64,000 nucleotides of DNA from Promethearchaeota archaeon (GCA_048938105.1 JBHLMN010000001.1:384001-448000); one strand, 5' to 3'; counted from the first letter of the stretch, positions 10,350 to 21,176 are shown. Program-made: numbers and translations. Notes: generated by a model not told the origin, from the letters alone.

Positions 10350-12971
10350 TTGCTGATTCCTATGCATTCATTTCGATCAGTGTACACGACATTATTCCTT
10401 CCAACAAAGCAAGAGAAGACACTATATATCCTTTGTTTCTCTCGGGGAAAGTTATCACAACGAAAAGCAACCTTTCGAGGGAAAATTGAATATCACTTCA
10501 AACAGGAATACATGTGGCGACCCTGGCGGATATTTTGGGAAGAACAAGGAAAATGGAAACCTTATCCTCCCAAAAAAACGATTCAGGAGATTTTAACAAA
10601 ATCAAAGTTCATTTTATTAAGTAAAAAACTCTCAACAGAGGAAAAAAAAGGGATAGAACGCTTCTGCAAAGATTTTGACATTAAAACTTCTCTCGAGGAA
10701 AAAGAACTCTGTCCATTTTGCTTGATACATGATATTGTAACAATTCTTCCATCAAAGAACAAATATTTTGCTTTCGATAGGAAAATCTGTAAAACTTGTG
10801 CAATCCAAGAATTAGAGAATGAGCTTAAGACAAAAAGAATCAGTCTTCTATCAAATCCAGGATTTAAAAAGTATGCAGTATCTCTTTTAGATAAGTTACA
10901 TAATACTCAACGAGTTTTATCTGTTTTCACTGGGGATCAAGCCTTCATTGGGGATTATTCCCTTGTAAAGAAAATTGGAAAAGAAGAAGAGAAGAAGAAG
11001 TTAAAATTTGTTTCAGAATTCAACCTTCCATCTTTCCTGCTGAAATCCTTACAGAAACGAAAAATTAACACATTTCTTCCCATTCAAGTACAAGCAATCC
11101 AGAAAGGTTTGTTGAAGAATAAAAATCAACTAGTCATCGCAAATACAAGTGCTGGTAAAACGCTTATTGGCGAATTAGCTGGATTAATCCATGTGTTAAG
11201 GGGAAAGAAATTTATCTTTACTGTTCCCCTAGTAGCTCTGGCTAATACAAAATATGAAGAATTCAAACAATCTTATGGGAACCAATTTAAAATTGGGCTA
11301 CGAACTGGCCGATCACGAATTTTTAACTCTATAACAGAAAAAAGAGCTTTTTATCGTGATCGACATTCCATTAAAGATTCCGACATTATTGTTTCTACAT
11401 ACGAAGGTTTAGATCTTTTAATCAGAGCAGGTGAAGTGGACTTTGACACCATTGGTTGCATTGTTATTGATGAAGTGCAGACTTTAGCAGATTTTGATCG
11501 TGGGCCAACTTTAGATTGTCTATTAGCTAAAATTAGGACTTATGCAAGCAAAGCTCAAGTAATTGCACTCTCAGCAACGATTGGAAACCCAATTCAGTTT
11601 GCAAATGATCTTTCTTTAACTTTAGTAACCTTTGATCAAAGGCCTATTCCTTTAGAGAATCACATGCTTCTTTCAAGAAGTGAGCAAGAAAAATTGCGCC
11701 AGATTCTCAAGATAACAAAAAATGAATCCCAGATGACTTCGAGTCTTGGTTATCGAGGCCAAACAATCGTTTTTACTAACTCACGAAGAAAAACAATAGA
11801 GATTGCAGAGTTCTTACGTCATGCGGGTGTCCATGACGTTCATGCTTATCACTCGGGACTTTCATATGCATTAAGAAAACGATTTGAAATTGAATTTTCA
11901 AGCGGAAAATGTTCGATTATAATAAGTACATATGCATTGGGGGCTGGTGTAGATTTTCCAGCGTCACAAGTTATTTTTGAATCTTTAATGATGGGGAATA
12001 CTGTTTTAGAACCAAATACTTTCGCTCAAATGGCAGGGAGAGCTGGTAGATTAGGAAAACATGATCGTGGTCGAGTGATTCTTCTTTGTTTAGGAGAGTC
12101 TATTTCTTCTTTGGATTCTAGATCAGAAATAGAAATTGCTTTTGAACTTCTTAGTGCTGATTTGTTGCCAATAGAGCCAAATTATGATGAAGATGCCTGT
12201 GGTGAGCAAATACTCTCTATTTGTTCAACAAAAAAGTACATATCTCCAGGAATGGCTAATGAAATTTATCAAAGAATGATAGGAACTACTAGTTTTGACT
12301 TTATGCAAATTGCAAATAAGCTTATCAAGAACTCTCTGCTTAAAATAGTTGAAACACCACAAAGAAGATATTTAGAACTAACCTCCTTAGGTAAAGCAGC
12401 AGTTCTGTCATTTTTCTCTCCAGCTGATACATTAATAATTTTATCACACTTTCAAAAGAAAAAACACTTTCTATCAACTGCTCTCAATATGGTTCCACCT
12501 CAAAACGTTTATCTATCAAAAAAAATTCATCGATACCTTGAAAAAACTTATCATATGAGATTTTCCACTAGATTGCTTAATAGTCCTGTTCTAGATGTAA
12601 TGAGTGCCTCGCTAAAAGGTAAAGAGGCCACTGAAATTAATAAATGGTGTTTAAACGTATTTTCAAAATGGACTCAATATTTTTTCAACTGTAAATGCCC
12701 AGAAAATCCTTATTGCCATCATGGGGCAGAACAAATTGGTAGAGAAATTGTCAACGAAAGACTTCGTGGCAAGAATGTCAATCAAATTTCAGCTAGCATT
12801 AGTCGTTTTGAACTCCTAATATATCCTGGTGATATTTTATCTTTCTTAAATGGACTAGTCCATGAATTGGAGGGCATTCAGCGAATTGCGGACGCTACAA
12901 GAAAACCAAAAATGGAAAAAATGATTTCTATTTTAATTAATAAGATAGAAATTCCCCCTTCAGTTAAATAA
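10350..12971 (+). CDS. Archaeal Ski2-like SF2 helicase (ASH-Ski2 / DUF5814 type)
   Basis: NTSAGKT, DEVQ, SAT, QMAGRAGR motifs; N-terminal CPFC..CKTC and C-terminal CKCPENPYC. Confidence 0.88.
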   Translation: MLIPMHSFRSVYTTLFLPTKQEKTLYILCFSRGKLSQRKATFRGKIEYHFKQEYMWRPWRIFWEEQGKWKPYPPKKTIQEILTKSKFILLSKKLSTEEKKGIERFCKDFDIKTSLEEKELCPFCLIHDIVTILPSKNKYFAFDRKICKTCAIQELENELKTKRISLLSNPGFKKYAVSLLDKLHNTQRVLSVFTGDQAFIGDYSLVKKIGKEEEKKKLKFVSEFNLPSFLLKSLQKRKINTFLPIQVQAIQKGLLKNKNQLVIANTSAGKTLIGELAGLIHVLRGKKFIFTVPLVALANTKYEEFKQSYGNQFKIGLRTGRSRIFNSITEKRAFYRDRHSIKDSDIIVSTYEGLDLLIRAGEVDFDTIGCIVIDEVQTLADFDRGPTLDCLLAKIRTYASKAQVIALSATIGNPIQFANDLSLTLVTFDQRPIPLENHMLLSRSEQEKLRQILKITKNESQMTSSLGYRGQTIVFTNSRRKTIEIAEFLRHAGVHDVHAYHSGLSYALRKRFEIEFSSGKCSIIISTYALGAGVDFPASQVIFESLMMGNTVLEPNTFAQMAGRAGRLGKHDRGRVILLCLGESISSLDSRSEIEIAFELLSADLLPIEPNYDEDACGEQILSICSTKKYISPGMANEIYQRMIGTTSFDFMQIANKLIKNSLLKIVETPQRRYLELTSLGKAAVLSFFSPADTLIILSHFQKKKHFLSTALNMVPPQNVYLSKKIHRYLEKTYHMRFSTRLLNSPVLDVMSASLKGKEATEINKWCLNVFSKWTQYFFNCKCPENPYCHHGAEQIGREIVNERLRGKNVNQISASISRFELLIYPGDILSFLNGLVHELEGIQRIADATRKPKMEKMISILINKIEIPPSVK

Positions 12972-12981
12972 CTGAAGGTTG

Positions 12982-13239
12982 TTAAGTTGATTCTTCTCCT
13001 TCGCTCTTTATTGAAGTTTTTCGCTGATGTTTAATTAAAAAACCTAGTCCAACAAAGGCTATGAACGGTCCGCTAATATAAAAGATTACTTCTACAAAAG
13101 TACTCATTGTTCCACCAGAGCCAAAGATTATTAATCCTATAATGATCAGAACTGCTCCAATTAAACGATCATCCATGTTTACGGCCTCTTTTTTTTTTAA
13201 AACACGATCAATATAATTTGTAAAAATGATATCATGCAA
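12982..13239 (-). CDS. Small two-TM membrane protein (start probably at MDDRL, 13176)
   Basis: Two hydrophobic segments with a charged tail; follows the PMM gene. Confidence 0.6.
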   Translation of the reverse strand: MHDIIFTNYIDRVLKKKEAVNMDDRLIGAVLIIIGLIIFGSGGTMSTFVEVIFYISGPFIAFVGLGFLIKHQRKTSIKSEGEEST

Positions 13240-14635
13240 GATTCTTAGTTTTTTTCATCACTTCTTCTATTTTATCGTTAACAAGGTTTCTAATATATTT
13301 TTCATAGTAATGCAATCGTTGAGAGGTTATAGCTTCTGCTCGAATGGATATTACTGGTTCAGTACCGCTTTTTCGAACTAATACCCAGCCATCTTCAAAT
13401 TCTGCTCTGATTCCGTCGATAGTAATAGAATTTAGAGCTTCATCTTTCAATATATCTTTGAGATTTGAAACCACTTCTGAAATAATTTCCTCAGGACAAG
13501 AGATTCGAAGCTCTTCTGTAGATGGATATTTAGGCAGGTTTTGTATTACTCTGGATAGATTTTGTTCTTGACTTGAGATTATTTCCAGCATCCTCAAAGC
13601 TGAGTATATTGCATCATCAAATCCGTAGTATTCTGCTCCAAAATAATAATGACCACTCAATTCACCTGCAAAAATAGCTCCACTCTTTAATAGAGCTTCA
13701 TGAATCCAAGAATGGCCAACGCGGGTGAATTTCACTCTTGCGCCTTGTTCTGAAAGATATTCAAAAGTTGCTCTAGAAGTTTTAACATCCACCATCATCT
13801 CTGCTTTCGGGTATTTTTGTAATAAATACTCACCAAATAACATTATTACTTGATCAGGACTGATAATTACCCCTTGATCGTCCACAAAACCAACTCTGTC
13901 ACCATCAGCATCAAAACCAATCCCTATGTCAAGCTTATCCTGTATTACGGCTTCTTGTACAAATTTCAAGCTTGATGGGGTCGCAGGATCAGGAATCATT
14001 ACTGGAAAATGACCATTTGGTTCAGAGTGGAGTGCTTTGGTATTCATCTTTTTTGATTTCAACAATTTAATTATTGGAAAACAAGTTCCATTTCCAATTT
14101 CAACTACAATATTCAAAGATGTTTTTGGTAGAAAATGATCTTTCTGAAATTGCCAGTACTGTGAAGTATTAATATTTTGCAATAGAACTGGCTGACCATA
14201 CTCTGTGTTCTTAACAATTACCATGGTATTTTCTTCTACCATTTCTTTAATTTGAGTGAATAAATTGTTAATATGGTAAGAAACCCCATTTTGATCACAA
14301 ACTTTTATTCCATTATAATCGATAGGATTATGACTTGCTGTTACCATAATTCCACCATCAATCACAGTATTCTTTACTGCCAAAAAATAAATGGTTGGAG
14401 TTGTACAGATTCCTACATCTAAAATATTACATCCTGCCTCCATTAAACCAGCAGAAAGTATTGATCTAATAATCGGAGTTGATATACGAACATCACCACC
14501 AATAATAATGGTTTTTCCAGAGCCAAAAAATGTTCCAAGCGCCCTACCTATGTTTAAAACCATTTCCGAAGTAAATTCTTTGGGAAACTTCCCACGGATG
14601 TCATAGGTTCGAAATAAATGATTAGAGATTTTCAT
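13232..14635 (-). CDS. Phosphomannomutase/phosphoglucomutase
   Basis: FRTYDIRG, TASHNP, FDADGDR, GELSGH, RKSGTEP. Confidence 0.95.
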   Translation of the reverse strand: MKISNHLFRTYDIRGKFPKEFTSEMVLNIGRALGTFFGSGKTIIIGGDVRISTPIIRSILSAGLMEAGCNILDVGICTTPTIYFLAVKNTVIDGGIMVTASHNPIDYNGIKVCDQNGVSYHINNLFTQIKEMVEENTMVIVKNTEYGQPVLLQNINTSQYWQFQKDHFLPKTSLNIVVEIGNGTCFPIIKLLKSKKMNTKALHSEPNGHFPVMIPDPATPSSLKFVQEAVIQDKLDIGIGFDADGDRVGFVDDQGVIISPDQVIMLFGEYLLQKYPKAEMMVDVKTSRATFEYLSEQGARVKFTRVGHSWIHEALLKSGAIFAGELSGHYYFGAEYYGFDDAIYSALRMLEIISSQEQNLSRVIQNLPKYPSTEELRISCPEEIISEVVSNLKDILKDEALNSITIDGIRAEFEDGWVLVRKSGTEPVISIRAEAITSQRLHYYEKYIRNLVNDKIEEVMKKTKNLA

Positions 14636-14689
14636 TTACTCACCACTAAATCTTGTTTATAATTTGGTATTTATAAGTTTGAATTAGCC

Positions 14690-15487
14690 TCAATCTTTCT
14701 TAACATCCAAGAATTCTTCTAGTGTCGTATGAGGAGTCTTAATGATTTCTTGTAAGGGTTGCCACGACCAGGTATAACGGATAAATGGAAAACGACGGTT
14801 TTGAATGTCATCTCGATATCTTTGGAGGAATTTCACTACATTGGAATCCTTTTTGTTTGGGTATCCTTGACCTAAGCAGAATGGAGGAAGATTCCACTTA
14901 CTCTCAATTTCTCGCAAGTTTTTATCACGGATGTATTTCGCAACACAGGATGCTGCAGAAACAACGGGATATTTTCTATCTGCCTTCTCTGAAATCACTA
15001 CCTTCTTAAGATCGCTACCAGCTCCTTTAATACTAATAATGCTAGCTCCAGGTGCATGTGACTCCGCTTCAACGCTTAAAGGGCTTTTTAAGCGCTTTAA
15101 ATGCGTTATAAGGTGTTTTAAGAAGTATGAAGGCTTTGAAATTGAATCTATTGTAATTTCTTCTGATGATAATTCAAATACAATTTGTCCAATATTTCGA
15201 ATTTCTAATAAATTTAAATTATCAGTTGGACGATTAGAGAGAGTTTTATCTATTTTATTTGCTGGAATCTTAATTATTTTTGATTCCAAGGCTAATTTTT
15301 GTATCTTTAAAGCTAATTTTGTTCTTTTTTTCTGGCCTTGTGAACCTGAAAAAAGCTTAGAATCTTTCAAGCCATTTTTTATGAGATCATTCAAAGATTT
15401 TTGGTCTAGGGTAACCCCTACAATAATAAGAGATCCAAAAACACTCCCTCGGCCAGCTTCATCAATACCTGATACCATTGAATGCAA
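14690..15487 (-). CDS. rnhB: Ribonuclease HII (start likely ATG at 15478)
   Basis: GIDEAGRG, LKDSK, KAD..YPVVSAAS..AK, GQGYP. Confidence 0.93.
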   Translation of the reverse strand: MHSMVSGIDEAGRGSVFGSLIIVGVTLDQKSLNDLIKNGLKDSKLFSGSQGQKKRTKLALKIQKLALESKIIKIPANKIDKTLSNRPTDNLNLLEIRNIGQIVFELSSEEITIDSISKPSYFLKHLITHLKRLKSPLSVEAESHAPGASIISIKGAGSDLKKVVISEKADRKYPVVSAASCVAKYIRDKNLREIESKWNLPPFCLGQGYPNKKDSNVVKFLQRYRDDIQNRRFPFIRYTWSWQPLQEIIKTPHTTLEEFLDVKKD

Positions 15488-15489
15488 CT

Positions 15490-16578
15490 TCAGTCGAGTC
15501 CAGTCATTTCAATTGCATTTATCGCTGCTTGCTTAGATAAACCCTCAGCTAGGATAGTATAGCGTTCTGGGCGAATCTTATGGGCTTCTAGCATCGCTTC
15601 TAGCAGAATTTCACGTTCGATTCCCACCTCACGCAATGTAACGGGAGCATCGACTTCAAGAAGGATATTTCGAATTCGTTTCCAGTTGGCTCCATGAAGA
15701 TACATCATCAAAATGGAAATCATACCTGTTTGATGGCCATGGGCTATTTGAAAATCATACTTATGAGATAATTTGTCTAAGGCATGACTAACAAGATGTT
15801 CTGAACCACTAGCAGGACGAGAGGATCCAGCAATACACATTGCAACCCCACTACTTCCCAACGCTTTCATTAAAACACGAGTCCCTTCTTCACTAAAAAA
15901 AAATCTTCCCAAAGACTTAACTCCCTCTTCTACCATGTTTGCTGTCATTTCAGAAAATGTCGCAGCATAAATATCAAAGTTCTCCCCTTTTAAACGATGA
16001 GCTAGTTTCCAATCTCTCACAGCGACCCATTTTGCAAGAATATCCCCTACTCCAGCTTGTATTGACTCTTTAGGAGCCTGACTAATTAATGAAGTATCTC
16101 CTACGATCGCAATCGGAGAAACTGGTGTATATATGGTAGATTTTGGAGATTTTGCTTCTTTAGCAATTTGCTCTCTTAAAAGAAAATTAACATAAGGACT
16201 AGAAAAACCATCATGGCTAGCATTAGTAGGTATGGCCACATATTTTGTTTGAGAAAGCCGTGCGATAACCTTTACATAATCAATAACTTTCCCCCCTCCA
16301 ACGGCCATAAGATATGTTTGTTTATCACGAATAGCTGATGCTTGCGAATGAAGGTATTCAAGCTCCACAATTTCAGGAAATACAGTATGAGAAAAATCCA
16401 AAATTCCCTCTACTTGGGGGATAATAACATTAGATGCAATCTTCTTTGTTTGAGTTCTTCCACTAAAGATCTTGATTTTATTTATTCCAATGTCTTTGCA
16501 AACACTAGGGATTCTTTGAACGGCTTTAGGTCCAAAAGCTACTCTTCTAGGAACATGAATCTCCTGAACTTGATTTAT
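15490..16578 (-). CDS. egsA: sn-glycerol-1-phosphate dehydrogenase (N-terminus extended beyond the ORF track; probable ATA start)
   Basis: GGGKVIDYVK, PTNASHDGFSSP, AGVGD, SSRPASGSEH, HGHQ, RPERYTIL; the frame stays open upstream through EIHVPRRVAFG. Confidence 0.92.
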   Translation of the reverse strand: MNQVQEIHVPRRVAFGPKAVQRIPSVCKDIGINKIKIFSGRTQTKKIASNVIIPQVEGILDFSHTVFPEIVELEYLHSQASAIRDKQTYLMAVGGGKVIDYVKVIARLSQTKYVAIPTNASHDGFSSPYVNFLLREQIAKEAKSPKSTIYTPVSPIAIVGDTSLISQAPKESIQAGVGDILAKWVAVRDWKLAHRLKGENFDIYAATFSEMTANMVEEGVKSLGRFFFSEEGTRVLMKALGSSGVAMCIAGSSRPASGSEHLVSHALDKLSHKYDFQIAHGHQTGMISILMMYLHGANWKRIRNILLEVDAPVTLREVGIEREILLEAMLEAHKIRPERYTILAEGLSKQAAINAIEMTGLD

Positions 16579-16584
16579 AGCTAA

Positions 16585-16592
16585 GACCTCCT
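16585..16592 (-). promoter_or_regulatory. Shine-Dalgarno AGGAGGT upstream of egsA
   Basis: Minus strand reads TAAAGAAAGGAGGTCTTAGCTATA; SD sits 7 nt before an in-frame ATA. Confidence 0.6.
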
Positions 16593-16596
16593 TTCT

Positions 16597-17727
16597 TTAA
16601 TCAGTCTTATTTCTAAGATTGGTTTCATCAGCTCTTTCTCTGGATTTTATTTTAGTGTCAACATCCTTTTCTTTTTCGAGTTCATTTGGTTTTTTCGAAA
16701 CTGAAAAAAAATCTTTTCTCAATCTAATAATTTCCTTTCCTCCAAGTCTAAGTGTCGCATAACCACCAAAAAGACCTAGCATTACAGATTTTGCGAGACG
16801 ATCAATGAAAGCTATGAGAGCAGCATCCTGTCCTGGGTAATTTGGAGAATTTATAAGTACTAATGCCAATATAATCTCATATTGGCCCATTGCTCCTGGA
16901 AGAATGGGAATAATAAATGTGATATTTCCCGCACATGATGCAGCGATCACATAAGGAAAATCTATTAAGGTAAGAATTGGAAATACAGTGATTGCTATCA
17001 CATATATCATAATTCCCTCAATTACCCATATAGAAGCTGAAGTGGCAATTCCAAGAGAGAGATGGAATGGTTGAGAACGAAGGCCCTTTATTCCTGCTTG
17101 AAATCCTTGATAAGCAGAATCTAATCTTTTTTCTATAAATAGAGGAAAAATGTGGAAAAATTTTTCAATTATATCAGGCTTTATCATCATTAAAAATAAA
17201 GTTATCAAACCAAATATTGATACAAGAAAAATAATAAGCACTAATTGTAGAATAATCGATGAATCTTCAACCTGTAATAATGAGCTACCAACAAAAAATA
17301 AACTTCCAGTTATCACAAAAAGTAAACCTAAAATACTCAAAACCTGTTCAATGATAATGGAAGAGAGAGTATCAGAATATTTTGTATCATAATTTCTTTT
17401 TAATGCATACATACGAATTGCTTCACCAGCTCGGGCAGGAGTAAACAAATTAATTGCCAAAGCTGATACTACAGGGTAAGCTAATGATTTGAAAGGGAGG
17501 TTTACACCTTGAACATTGAGTAGAAGTTGCCATCGATATACCCTGATTAGCATATCTAAAACATACAATAAAAATAGCAGTAAAACTAACATTAATATTT
17601 CCCTAAAATCTAGGTCAGTGAAGTACTGGACTAATCTTGGAAGTCCGATAAATAGAATTATACCAATTAAAACAGCAATAGTGATCGTATAAATCAGAAT
17701 TGAAGGTAGTCTCTCACGAAACATCAT
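16597..17727 (-). CDS. Lysylphosphatidylglycerol-synthase TM-domain (UPF0104, flippase-like) membrane protein
   Basis: RVYRWQLLL, NLFTPARAGEAIR, PILPGAMGQYE, multiple TM helices. Confidence 0.85.
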   Translation of the reverse strand: MMFRERLPSILIYTITIAVLIGIILFIGLPRLVQYFTDLDFREILMLVLLLFLLYVLDMLIRVYRWQLLLNVQGVNLPFKSLAYPVVSALAINLFTPARAGEAIRMYALKRNYDTKYSDTLSSIIIEQVLSILGLLFVITGSLFFVGSSLLQVEDSSIILQLVLIIFLVSIFGLITLFLMMIKPDIIEKFFHIFPLFIEKRLDSAYQGFQAGIKGLRSQPFHLSLGIATSASIWVIEGIMIYVIAITVFPILTLIDFPYVIAASCAGNITFIIPILPGAMGQYEIILALVLINSPNYPGQDAALIAFIDRLAKSVMLGLFGGYATLRLGGKEIIRLRKDFFSVSKKPNELEKEKDVDTKIKSRERADETNLRNKTD

Positions 17728-18019
17728 TTTAACAGCCTCACATCACATTAATACCTGAGACTTCTATTACATGGATATAACTGCTTATATTTACTTTAAG
17801 AGATTTTACTAAAACGATATGAAAGCATTGAAATAAGTAATTATTAATTCCTTTTTTTCTACATATTGGTTTTATTACTTACCATGATTGGTCTTGACAA
17901 TTTCAAAACTAACTGAAGACTATATAAAGAAATGAAAGAAAGATGCCTACACGAATCTTGTAAAAAATAAGGCTATTTAGAGGAATATAGGACAAATAAA
18001 TACTTGGTGATAGGCATAA

Positions 18020-19723
18020 ATGCAATATGAATCTGCAATTACCCAGTTATTATTACAAGCTTTGAGCTTATCTGAAAAAGAGATTTCAGAGTTATTAGAT
18101 ATTCCTCCCAATCCAAAATTCGGTGATATTTCTTTTCCTTGCTTTAAATTAAGCAAAAATCTTAATAAATCCCCTCAAGTGATTGCTAAGGAGCTTGAGA
18201 AAGCAATAAAAATACCTAAAGATTCGATAGTAAGAGAAATCAAAGCAGTTGGTGCCTTTCTCAATTTTTTCTTTGACATTTCAAAATTAACAGAGAGAAC
18301 TTTAAGGCAAATATGGAATGAGAAGAATAAATATGGATATAAAGAAGAAAATAATAAAACAGTTCTCCTCGAATTTCCTTCTCCTAATACCAACAAGCAG
18401 TTACATTTAGGTCATCTTCGAAATATGGCTCTTGGAGAATCTACTTCCAGAATTTTCGAGAGTCAAGGATTTAATGTCGTAAGGGTGAATTTACTCAACG
18501 ATCGGGGCATTCATATTTGTAAATCAATGTTGGCTTATAAAAAATGGGGAAATAATAAGAAACCTGATAAGAAAGAAGATCATTTCGTGGGTGATTACTA
18601 TGTCCTATTTTCTAAGCAATCAAAGAAAGATCCTAAACTTGAGGAGGAAGCTCAGGAACTATTAAGGCAATGGGAAGCTAATGATGATGAAACAATGGCT
18701 TTATGGGGGAAAATGACCAATTGGGCTATAGATGGTTTTACTAAGACTTTCACAAAATTTGGTATCAGTTTTGACAAGACCTATCGGGAGAGTGATTTAT
18801 GGAAAAAAGGCAAAAGCATTATTATGGAAGGGGTGAAAAACAATTTGTTTCATAAGGATGAAGTCGGAAACGTTGTAGTTGATCTTGGAGCACAATTAGG
18901 TACAAAGGTTTTACTACGGGCTGATGGTACTTCTGTTTATATAACACAGGATTTATATCTTGCTAAGAAAAAATATGAGGATTTCAAGTATTCTAAATCA
19001 ATCTATGTTATTGGGAGTGAACAAAATTATCATCTGCAAGTCTTATTTAAAATTCTAAAGATAATGAACTTTGAGTTTGCTGATGGTTGTTATCATTTAA
19101 GTCATGGCATGATATTTTTACCAGAAGGCAAAATGAAATCAAGAGAAGGAACTGTAGTAGACGCTGATACTATAATAAAAGAATTAATAGGAATGGCAAA
19201 AACAGAAATCATCTCAAGAGGAAAAATTACTGAATCAGAGATTAATAAAACAGCAGAAGATATTGCTATGGCTGCATTAAAATATTTCTTACTTAAATTT
19301 GCAGCATCAAAAGATTTTATTTTTTATCCTGAGGAATCAGTGTCATTATTTGGTAAAACAGGACCGTACTTACAATATTCATTTGTTAGGGCAAATAGAA
19401 TTATTCAGAAAATTGAGAAAAAACCATCTTTGAATGTAAATTTTAGTTTATTAGATAAACCAGAAGAAATTTCATTGATTAAATTATTAAAGGATTACCC
19501 TGATGTTTTAGAACGAGCTTCCCTATCCTATTCCCCACACATCATGGCAGAATATGCTCATCAACTCGCATCTTCCTTCAATTTATTTTATGAGAAATGT
19601 AGGGTTATAGGAGAATTGGATGAAGACATTCAAAATGCAAGGCTTTTATTGGTAGGATGTTTCCGCAATGTTATGAGAAATTGTTTATACATGTTTAGCA
19701 TCAATACAGTTGATTTAATGTGA
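18020..19723 (+). CDS. argS: Arginyl-tRNA synthetase
   Basis: EFPSPNTNKQLHLGH (HIGH), KMKSREG, GPYLQY, DALR-type C-terminus. Confidence 0.97.
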   Translation: MQYESAITQLLLQALSLSEKEISELLDIPPNPKFGDISFPCFKLSKNLNKSPQVIAKELEKAIKIPKDSIVREIKAVGAFLNFFFDISKLTERTLRQIWNEKNKYGYKEENNKTVLLEFPSPNTNKQLHLGHLRNMALGESTSRIFESQGFNVVRVNLLNDRGIHICKSMLAYKKWGNNKKPDKKEDHFVGDYYVLFSKQSKKDPKLEEEAQELLRQWEANDDETMALWGKMTNWAIDGFTKTFTKFGISFDKTYRESDLWKKGKSIIMEGVKNNLFHKDEVGNVVVDLGAQLGTKVLLRADGTSVYITQDLYLAKKKYEDFKYSKSIYVIGSEQNYHLQVLFKILKIMNFEFADGCYHLSHGMIFLPEGKMKSREGTVVDADTIIKELIGMAKTEIISRGKITESEINKTAEDIAMAALKYFLLKFAASKDFIFYPEESVSLFGKTGPYLQYSFVRANRIIQKIEKKPSLNVNFSLLDKPEEISLIKLLKDYPDVLERASLSYSPHIMAEYAHQLASSFNLFYEKCRVIGELDEDIQNARLLLVGCFRNVMRNCLYMFSINTVDLM

Positions 19724-19806
19724 AATAATATACTTTATTTCACGTTCTAACCCAAAATTCACCATTTCTTAGGTTAAAAAACTGGTTGAATTCACTTAGG
19801 TTAATA

Positions 19807-19850
19807 AATTATAACACCCATGTAAAGAAGCTGGGTTAGTGTTATAAATT
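19807..19850. promoter_or_regulatory. Inverted repeat TTATAACAC...GTGTTATAA upstream of the aminotransferase
   Basis: 9-bp arms plus an inner CCA/TGG pair, read directly from the sequence. Confidence 0.4.
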
Positions 19851-19919
19851 ACATTGAAGAATATCCCTCAAAGCCTAATTTTTCTTTCTAATTTGAAGTA
19901 GAAAAAGGAAGAAACTCAT

Positions 19920-21176
19920 ATGAGTCCCCCATACTATGAGCAACTAGCTGAATGGACTGAATTTGTCCCAGAAAGCGAAATCCGTCGTCTTCTTTTAACA
20001 AATGTAAAGTATTATTTTGGTGGTGGAAAACCTGGTAGTCTCCCCATTGAAACTTTCAAAAAGATTCTTTATCAAATTGCAGACGAATTAGACATAGATG
20101 GTATTGACACATTAAATTATGGTCCAACAAGTGGTCTAGCTTCTTTAAAAGAAACTTTAGGAAAGAGAATGAAGGAAAAAGATGGAGTAACTCTACCCAA
20201 AGGATTAGATGACATCCTTATTTCCACAGGATCTCAACAGATGCTTTACGGCATTCTAGACGTATTGTTAAGACCTAAAGATGTAATTATCATGGCTCGT
20301 CCCTCCTATTTAGGATTTGTCGTACCAGTCACAAAATTAGGTGGGGACGTATTAACAGTACCTACAGATATGGATGGCATCATTCCAGAATATGTGGAAA
20401 AAGCAATTGAAATTAGTCAAAGAGAATTAAATCGAACCCCAAAAGCTATTTACGTTGTTTCAGATTCTGATAATCCCAAAGGTACAACACTCCCTGAAAA
20501 AAGACGAAAAAAACTTTTTGAACTTATAACTCAACATGAGATTCTTCTTATAGAAGATTCAGCATACCGTGAAATTCAATTTACTGAAATTCCACCCCCA
20601 ATTAAGAAATACGATTCAGAGAATAAATGGGTCGCTTATTTACGTACAAGTAGTAAAGAGGCCGCTGTTCTTCGGTTAGGTTATTCTGTCCTTCCAGAAG
20701 AAATAATGATTCCTATGATTAAAGATAAAGGATATTTAGATCTCTGTACATCTAGTCTTAACCAAAAAATCTTAGAAATTTATTATTCAAAGTATATTGA
20801 TCAAGTCTTGGGTGCTAATCTAAAAATTTACGAAGAACGTTGTGATATAATGCAGAAAACAATTGATGAATATTTTCCCACCAATGGCCAACGGACCCAG
20901 CCCACAGGAGGTTTTTTCTTCTGGTTCCAAATGGAAAATGAATATTTTGATTCCTCAAAGTTTTTGGAAGGTATAGCAATTCCAAATGATGTTTGCTATG
21001 TACCAGGACAAGCATTTTACCCCATAAAAGGCCATTCAATCAGTAAAGCAGACACAAAATTACATGGAAACAGGATAAAAACGAATGGAATGCGATTAAG
21101 CTTCTCATACACAACACCCCAGATAATAGAGGATGGTATGGAACGATTAGGAAAATTATTACAAGAAAAAGCCTAA
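19920..21176 (+). CDS. PLP-dependent class I/II aminotransferase (Aro8/LysN-like)
   Basis: FGGGKP, LNYGPTSG, GSQQ, NPKG, EDSAY, TSSK..LRLG, GGFF. Confidence 0.9.
   Translation: MSPPYYEQLAEWTEFVPESEIRRLLLTNVKYYFGGGKPGSLPIETFKKILYQIADELDIDGIDTLNYGPTSGLASLKETLGKRMKEKDGVTLPKGLDDILISTGSQQMLYGILDVLLRPKDVIIMARPSYLGFVVPVTKLGGDVLTVPTDMDGIIPEYVEKAIEISQRELNRTPKAIYVVSDSDNPKGTTLPEKRRKKLFELITQHEILLIEDSAYREIQFTEIPPPIKKYDSENKWVAYLRTSSKEAAVLRLGYSVLPEEIMIPMIKDKGYLDLCTSSLNQKILEIYYSKYIDQVLGANLKIYEERCDIMQKTIDEYFPTNGQRTQPTGGFFFWFQMENEYFDSSKFLEGIAIPNDVCYVPGQAFYPIKGHSISKADTKLHGNRIKTNGMRLSFSYTTPQIIEDGMERLGKLLQEKA

Noticed and set aside
14931-15536. 201-aa + strand ORF and other short antisense or nested ORFs in the track
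   Set aside because: Shadow ORFs of well-supported genes (here rnhB), with no motifs
16342-16584. 80-aa + strand ORF
   Set aside because: Antisense to the true N-terminal extension of egsA
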